Source: an uncultured Candidatus Saccharibacteria bacterium
Lineage (GTDB): Bacteria; Patescibacteriota; Minisyncoccia; Ryanbacterales; 2-02-FULL-48-12
Assembly: GCA_964479945.1 (NCBI GenBank)
Contig: CAYZNS010000005.1
Span: 1 to 61,401, forward strand
Direction of reading: 5' to 3'
DNA length: 61,401 nucleotides
Shown here: one piece after another, positions 56,149 to 61,401 of the stretch
Layout of the letters: every line of letters begins with the position of its first letter
Position numbering within the stretch: position 1 is the first letter of the stretch
The notes under the pieces: model-generated
The model's database searches: none
What the model saw: the letters and a program-made list of their open reading frames with translations, nothing else
Told to the model about the DNA's origin: nothing
Made by a program: the position numbers and the translations under genes

Positions 56149-56268
56149 AATTCAAAATGCAAAGTTCAAAGTTCAAAATTTTGGTATCCCGCTTTCAGCG
56201 GGATCATTATATAAATGTCGCGCAGCGACACCTTAACTTTTCATTTTGCACTTTGAACTTTGCACTTA
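56148..56268. repeat. Heptad inverted-repeat element; bounds approximate
   Basis: CAAAATGCAAAGTTCAAAGTTCAAAATTTTGGTATCCCG...ACACCTTAACTTTTCATTTTGCACTTTG. Confidence 0.7.
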
Positions 56269-56269
56269 C

Positions 56270-57175
56270 TTAAATCCATTTTTTCCACCGAAAGAACACA
56301 AACATCCCCACAATGCCTGCCAACATTATACCGATAATAATCCAAAAGTCATTTGGACGCCCCACAATGGGGAACGTAACGGTGTTCATCCCGAAGAGAG
56401 ACGCCAGAAGCGTAAGGGGGAATGTAATAAACGCCATTATTGTGAGATTTTTCGTTATCTCCGTTGTGCGCAGCGATATCAGGGACTCATTCGTCTCGCG
56501 CAGGGCTTCTATGGTCTCTTTGTGGTTTTCCAAGATATGCCACACGCGCAAATAGTCCCCAATAATCCGCGAGAGATACAGGCGCATATGTTTGCCAAAA
56601 AACGTCTTTCCTTCTTCCTCCAGCGATTGAAGCACGCTTAATTGCGGTTGCACGGTACGGCGGAAGTCCAGTATTTCTCTCCGCAAGAGCGAAATTTCTT
56701 CCACAAATTCTCGGCGCCTATCGCGGAATAGTTTTGTCTCCATTTCCGTGATGCGCTTGTCCAATACCTCCAGTTCTTGCAGCGCGTTCGCGAACACATG
56801 CGAAAGCAAATGGTAGAGAAGCTCACCGGTATTTGTCATGTATTGTTTGGCGCGGCGCTTATCCGTCTCGCATACGCGGATAAATTCCTCCAGCGCGGGC
56901 ACGCGCGCGTACTGGGTGGTTATAAAAAAATCCTTGCCGATAACGATATCAATTTCCGCGCCATGGCTGGAATCCCGCGCGTCAAACTTGGGAACGTGGA
57001 GAATGAGATACAAATGCGAATCGTGATGCTCCACTTTGGGGCGAAACGTCGGATGTACCAGCTCATCGGCAACCAATGGATGCAGATCTTTGTTCTGCGC
57101 CAATTCCAGAATATCTTCCTCCGAAGGCCGCGAAAGGTGCATCCATACGAAGTTTTTACCATAGAGAGTGACCAT
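56270..57175 (-). CDS. corA: CorA-family Mg2+ transporter
   Basis: HPLVADE...RPKVE, two C-terminal TM helices with GMN signature. Confidence 0.92.
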   Translation of the reverse strand: MVTLYGKNFVWMHLSRPSEEDILELAQNKDLHPLVADELVHPTFRPKVEHHDSHLYLILHVPKFDARDSSHGAEIDIVIGKDFFITTQYARVPALEEFIRVCETDKRRAKQYMTNTGELLYHLLSHVFANALQELEVLDKRITEMETKLFRDRRREFVEEISLLRREILDFRRTVQPQLSVLQSLEEEGKTFFGKHMRLYLSRIIGDYLRVWHILENHKETIEALRETNESLISLRTTEITKNLTIMAFITFPLTLLASLFGMNTVTFPIVGRPNDFWIIIGIMLAGIVGMFVFFRWKKWI

Positions 57176-57253
57176 AAAGTGATTATACATCGCTTGCAAA
57201 ACAAGTAAATGTATGATATGTGTAATTCAAATTGCAACAAAAAGGAGTTTTCT

Positions 57254-57385
57254 ATGCGTATACTCGGTGGTATCACTATGCTGGTAGGTCTTGTGTTGGG
57301 AAGTATGCAGGAATGGCAATCAGCTACTATAGTTTTAGTGGTTTCTACTCTGCTTCTGTGGTTTTCAGAAGTAGTCAACAAATAG
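57254..57385 (+). CDS. Small 43-aa hydrophobic peptide
   Basis: AAAGGAG RBS; MRILGGITMLVGLVLGSMQEWQSATIVLVVSTLLLWFSEVVNK*; hairpin ATGCCC...GGGCAT-TTTT downstream. Confidence 0.5.
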   Translation: MRILGGITMLVGLVLGSMQEWQSATIVLVVSTLLLWFSEVVNK

Positions 57386-57468
57386 TTTGATCGAGGATAC
57401 AATAAATGAAATGCCCACGTCGTTTCGTTTGACCAGGGCATTTTTCTTTGCGATACTACTCATATATC

Positions 57469-58680
57469 ATGATCAATCTCAAAAAAATTGGCTTAGTCGC
57501 AATAGCGCTCCTCATTGTAGGAGCGAGTTTTGGTGCTGGTATTTATATGGGGTACAGCCAGCGGCCGGCGATTGACAAGGTTACTAGCCTTTACAATAAA
57601 GAAACCGCCAAGCCGGCAGAAATTGATTTTTCCACGTTTTGGAAGGCATGGAGCATTGTGGAAGAAAAATACGTGGATGCGGATGGCCTGGACCGCCAGA
57701 ATATGGTATACGGCGCTATTAGCGGTATGATAAAAGCGCTTGACGATCCCTATACCGTGTTTTTCCCACCGGTTGAGAAAGAATTATTTGAATCGGAGAT
57801 TGAAGGCAAGTTTGAAGGAATCGGCGCCGAGATTGGCATGCGCAAAGGCATTCTTACGATCATTGCTCCTCTTACCGGCTCGCCCGCCGCCGCAGCTGGC
57901 CTTATGGCAGGGGATAACGTTTTGCAGATTGATAATGCGTCTACGGCTGACCTGACATTGGATGAGGCCGTGCGCCTTATCCGCGGCGACAAAGGAACAA
58001 TCGTAAAGCTCACTATTTTGCGGGGCGGCGAAGACGCAACGCGCGTAATTGAAATTACCCGCGATACTATCCGCGTTCCCGTACTTGATATGGAAAAACG
58101 GAACGGCGGCGTGTTTATCATACGGCTGCATAACTTTTCGGAAAACGCTCCGTTGGAATTCCGCCGCGCATTGGAAGAAATGGCGCGCTCAGGAAGCAAT
58201 AAACTTGTACTTGACCTGCGCAACAATCCGGGCGGGTTTCTGGAAGCGTCTGTTGATATCGCAAGCTGGTTTTTGGAATCAGGGAAGGTGGTGGCGCGCG
58301 AACAATTCGGCGATGAAACCGAGCTGCTGCACCGCAGCCGCGGGTATAACGCGCTTGCGGATATTCCCACGGTGATACTCGTTAATGAGGGTTCGGCGTC
58401 CGCTTCGGAGATTCTTGCCGGCGCGTTACGGGATCATAAGGACATCCAGCTTATTGGTGGAAAAACGTTTGGAAAAGGATCCGTACAGGAACTGGTGGAA
58501 GTTACGCCAGAAACTTCGCTGAAAGTAACAATCGCCAAGTGGCTGACTCCGTCCGGCGTATCGTTGTCGGAAAACGGCTTGGATCCGGACATAGTAGTGG
58601 AAATAACACCCGAAGACCGGGAAGAATTGCGCGATCCACAGCTTGAGAAGGCACTTGAAATAATAGGGGGGATGGAGTAG
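57469..58680 (+). CDS. ctpA: S41 C-terminal processing peptidase (PDZ)
   Basis: GIGAEI, DLRNNPGG, SASASEI, TFGKGSVQ, GLDPD. Confidence 0.92.
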   Translation: MINLKKIGLVAIALLIVGASFGAGIYMGYSQRPAIDKVTSLYNKETAKPAEIDFSTFWKAWSIVEEKYVDADGLDRQNMVYGAISGMIKALDDPYTVFFPPVEKELFESEIEGKFEGIGAEIGMRKGILTIIAPLTGSPAAAAGLMAGDNVLQIDNASTADLTLDEAVRLIRGDKGTIVKLTILRGGEDATRVIEITRDTIRVPVLDMEKRNGGVFIIRLHNFSENAPLEFRRALEEMARSGSNKLVLDLRNNPGGFLEASVDIASWFLESGKVVAREQFGDETELLHRSRGYNALADIPTVILVNEGSASASEILAGALRDHKDIQLIGGKTFGKGSVQELVEVTPETSLKVTIAKWLTPSGVSLSENGLDPDIVVEITPEDREELRDPQLEKALEIIGGME

Positions 58681-58684
58681 GATA

Positions 58685-58811
58685 AAAGTGCAAAATTTAA
58701 AGTGCAAAATGCAAAGTTATGGTGTTCCGGCTACGCCGGAACGGATTAATAAATCAAAAGCACGGAGTGCTCTTCCAGCATTTTGAACTTTTAACTTTGC
58801 ATTTTGAACTT
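58685..58811. repeat. Heptad inverted-repeat element; bounds approximate
   Basis: GTGCAAAATTTAAAGTGCAAAATGCAAAG...CATTTTGAACTTTTAACTTTGCATTTTGAAC. Confidence 0.7.
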
Positions 58812-58824
58812 GAGCGAAGCGATT

Positions 58825-59271
58825 ATGCAAGTAATTTTATTAAAACAAGTATTGAAACTTGGCAATCGGGGAGATGTCAAGGATGTAGCGGCCGGGTTTT
58901 TCCGCAATTTTTTGCTGCCGCGCGGCTTGGCGAAGCCCGCAACTCCCGCCGGTTTAGCGCAGGCGGAACGCATGCGGGAAGCCGCGGCGTTGCGTGCGGC
59001 GCAGAGCAGTGAGGAATTTACAAACGTACTTCACGCGATCAAGCAAGAGCCGATTGTCGTTCTGCGCAAAGCAAACGAAGAGGGGCATCTTTTCGGATCG
59101 GTCTCCGAGAAAGCTATTGCAGATGTATTGCGCAGCAAGGGATATGGCGTTGAGGATCGGCATGTTGCGCTCGAAGTCCCCATTAAATCGCTGGGCGCGC
59201 ATTCTGTTTTATTGCAATTTAATGAAGATATAAAAGATACTATCTCAATAGAAGTAGAGCGTGAAGAATAA
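58825..59271 (+). CDS. rplI: 50S ribosomal protein L9
   Basis: VILLKQVLKLG...VAAGFFRNFLLPRG, LFGSVS, PIKSLG. Confidence 0.95.
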   Translation: MQVILLKQVLKLGNRGDVKDVAAGFFRNFLLPRGLAKPATPAGLAQAERMREAAALRAAQSSEEFTNVLHAIKQEPIVVLRKANEEGHLFGSVSEKAIADVLRSKGYGVEDRHVALEVPIKSLGAHSVLLQFNEDIKDTISIEVEREE

Positions 59272-60904
59272 TAAGACACGATACATTTTTGTGGTGGGAG
59301 GTGTAATGTCCGGCATTGGCAAGGGAATTGCAACGTCTTCCATCGGTAAAATACTCCAATCACGCGGGTATCGCGTAACCGCTCTCAAAATTGACCCCTA
59401 CATCAACGTAGATGCCGGAACCATGAACCCCATTGAGCATGGGGAAGTTTTTGTGACGACGGATGGCATGGAGTGCGATCAGGACATCGGCAACTATGAG
59501 CGGTTTTTAGGCGAGGACATGCATGCCTACAACTATATGACAACAGGCGCCGTGTATCTTTCCGTAATAACGAAGGAACGGAATTTGGAGTTTGGCGGCA
59601 AGTGCGTGGAAGTGGTACCGCATGTGCCGGAAGAAGTGATACGGCGCATTACGTATGCCGCTCGGCGGACAAAAGCTGATTTTGTATTAATAGAAATTGG
59701 CGGGACCGTAGGAGAGTATCAGAATCTGCTCTTTCTGGAAGCAGGCCGCATGATGAAGCTTCAGCAACCGGACAATACGCTTTTTGTGATGGTGAGCTAT
59801 TTCCCCATTCCGCGGATGATCGGCGAGATGAAAACTAAACCCACGCAATATGCCGTGCGCTCTCTCAACACTGCCGGCATCCAACCTGATATTATACTCG
59901 CGCGGTCAGCGGTACCGCTGGACGAGCCGCGCAAGCGCAAAGTATCCGTTTTCTGTAACATACACGATGAAGACGTAATATCCGCGCCGGACTGCGCGAA
60001 TATTTATGAAATACCGCTTAATTTCGAGAAAGAACATTTGGGCGACCGGATCTTGGAAAAATTCCGCATGCCGCTGCGTAAAAAGCGGGACATGGAGAAT
60101 TGGATGCTTTTAGTGCGGCAGGCAGCGAGCGCGAAAAAAGCGCTCAAAATTGGTATTGTGGGCAAATATTTCAGCACCGGGGATTTCACGCTTGCCGACT
60201 CTTACCTGTCCGTTATTGAAGCGCTCAAACATGCGGCATGGGCGGAACATCGCGCGCCGCATCTTGAATGGTTGGATGCGGAAGAGTATTCGCGTAATCC
60301 TAAAGCGCTTTGGGCATTGCGTGAATTTGACGGTATTGTTGTCCCCGGCGGTTTTGGCGGCCGCGGTGTAGAAGGAAAAATCAGCGTGATTGAATTTTGC
60401 CGGAAAAACAAAATTCCGTATTTTGGACTATGCTATGGATTACAGCTTGCCGTGGTGGAGTTTGCGCGGAATGTCGCGAAGCTGGAAGACGCGCATACCA
60501 CGGAAGTAAGTCCGAAAACAAAATATCCCGTAATTGATATAATGTCCGAGCAAAAAAAGAACATTGAAGCGCGTCAGATGGGCGGCTCTATGCGCCTTGG
60601 TTCTTACAAATGCCGCCTGAAAACGGGGACCAAAGCGCATCAGGCATACGGAACTACTACCATCAAAGAACGGCACCGGCACCGGTATGAAGTGAATAAT
60701 GCATTCCGCGAACAGTTGATAAAAAAAGGCCTGGTAGTATCAGGCATAAACCCCGAGCGGGATTTGGTTGAGATTATTGAACTTTCAGACCATCCGTTTT
60801 TTATGGGTACCCAATTTCATCCGGAATTGCAATCAAGATTTCTGGTACCTCATCCGCTCTTTACGGCGTTTGTTCAGGCGGCCGTTAAGAAAAGGAAAGA
60901 ATAA
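59261..60904 (+). CDS. pyrG: CTP synthase
   Basis: GGVMSGIGKG, KIDPYINVDAGTM, GLCYGLQ, ERHRHRYE, QFHPE. Confidence 0.97.
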   Translation: MKNNKTRYIFVVGGVMSGIGKGIATSSIGKILQSRGYRVTALKIDPYINVDAGTMNPIEHGEVFVTTDGMECDQDIGNYERFLGEDMHAYNYMTTGAVYLSVITKERNLEFGGKCVEVVPHVPEEVIRRITYAARRTKADFVLIEIGGTVGEYQNLLFLEAGRMMKLQQPDNTLFVMVSYFPIPRMIGEMKTKPTQYAVRSLNTAGIQPDIILARSAVPLDEPRKRKVSVFCNIHDEDVISAPDCANIYEIPLNFEKEHLGDRILEKFRMPLRKKRDMENWMLLVRQAASAKKALKIGIVGKYFSTGDFTLADSYLSVIEALKHAAWAEHRAPHLEWLDAEEYSRNPKALWALREFDGIVVPGGFGGRGVEGKISVIEFCRKNKIPYFGLCYGLQLAVVEFARNVAKLEDAHTTEVSPKTKYPVIDIMSEQKKNIEARQMGGSMRLGSYKCRLKTGTKAHQAYGTTTIKERHRHRYEVNNAFREQLIKKGLVVSGINPERDLVEIIELSDHPFFMGTQFHPELQSRFLVPHPLFTAFVQAAVKKRKE

Positions 60905-60913
60905 CAAATCTGC

Positions 60914-61401
60914 TTACCGTTCTGTTGCACTAATGCCTACAGCTTGCTCAACGCGCTGAAGGCGGCCATATATCACAGCCATTTCTTCGTCAAGATTATG
61001 GATTCTGACAACATCCTTTAAAGTTCGGTCAATTCCATCAAACCGGGCATTTACTTCTTTTCGGAATTCGTACAAATCTTCCGCAGTGGCAAAAGCAGAA
61101 AGATCATCTTTCGTAGCGAAAGCTGAAATGTCATCTTTTGTTGCAAACACAGAGATGTCATCTTTCGTGGTAAAATTAGAAATATCGTCTTTTGTTGCAA
61201 ACGCAGAAAGATCATCTTTCGTAGCGAAAGCTGAAATGTCGTCTTTTGTGGCGAAAGCAGATAAATCATCTTTCGTAGCGAAAGCTGAAATGTCATCTTT
61301 CGTAGCGAAAGCAGATAAATCATCTTTCGTAGCGAAAGCTGAAAGATCATCTTTTGTTGCAAACACAGAGATGTCATCTTTCGTGGTAAAATTAGAAATA
61401 T
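60914..61401 (-). CDS. 5'-partial protein with at least 12 tandem 9-aa FATKDD(L/I)SA repeats and a coiled-coil C-terminus
   Basis: 27-bp tandem repeat; the frame runs off the window end. Confidence 0.75.
   Translation of the reverse strand, partial: ISNFTTKDDISVFATKDDLSAFATKDDLSAFATKDDISAFATKDDLSAFATKDDISAFATKDDLSAFATKDDISNFTTKDDISVFATKDDISAFATKDDLSAFATAEDLYEFRKEVNARFDGIDRTLKDVVRIHNLDEEMAVIYGRLQRVEQAVGISATER

Overview
Bacterial DNA using code 11, most likely CPR/Patescibacteria (inferred from the gene repertoire, the mostly Shine-Dalgarno-less housekeeping genes and a heavy load of small palindromic repeats). The backbone carries a P-type ATPase, rmuC, a cold-shock protein, a PAS/HAMP kinase with receiver, ABC and ZIP transporters, sufBDSUC plus a SufT-like gene, a dense thymidylate/dUTP cluster, sugar-phosphate genes, polX, cysS, corA, an S41 protease, rplI, pyrG and tRNA-Glu(CTC). 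The main finding is an island at about 22,050-35,280. It contains an IS110/Nop-family protein whose RuvC (DEDD) acidic residues appear mostly lost, flanked on both sides by arrays of seven hairpin units. Each unit has the form stem-GCTG(G/A)-9 variable nt-linker ending GG-9 variable nt-(A/C)A(C/T)G-stem, and each array ends in an identical 31-bp terminator. This resembles a TIGR-Tas or bridge-RNA-like dual-spacer RNA-guided system without an obvious nuclease. It sits next to a 1369-aa DEAH helicase-alphaCTD-sigma70-DnaA_C fusion, further RNAP alpha-CTD-like proteins, an active plus a catalytically dead RNase III, an orphan ParB and a Cys-rich FtsK-gamma protein. That these form one RNA-guided transcription-control module is a hypothesis, not a result. 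Also present: a RAYT with REP-like palindromes, a 183-bp TA-flanked MITE, repeats inserted in frame into polX, several toxin-antitoxin cassettes, deletion-scarred pseudogenes (GT2, zwf), and genes unusual for CPR (IDO, FabF plus desaturase). All family calls are by-eye motif recognition; no database searches were run.
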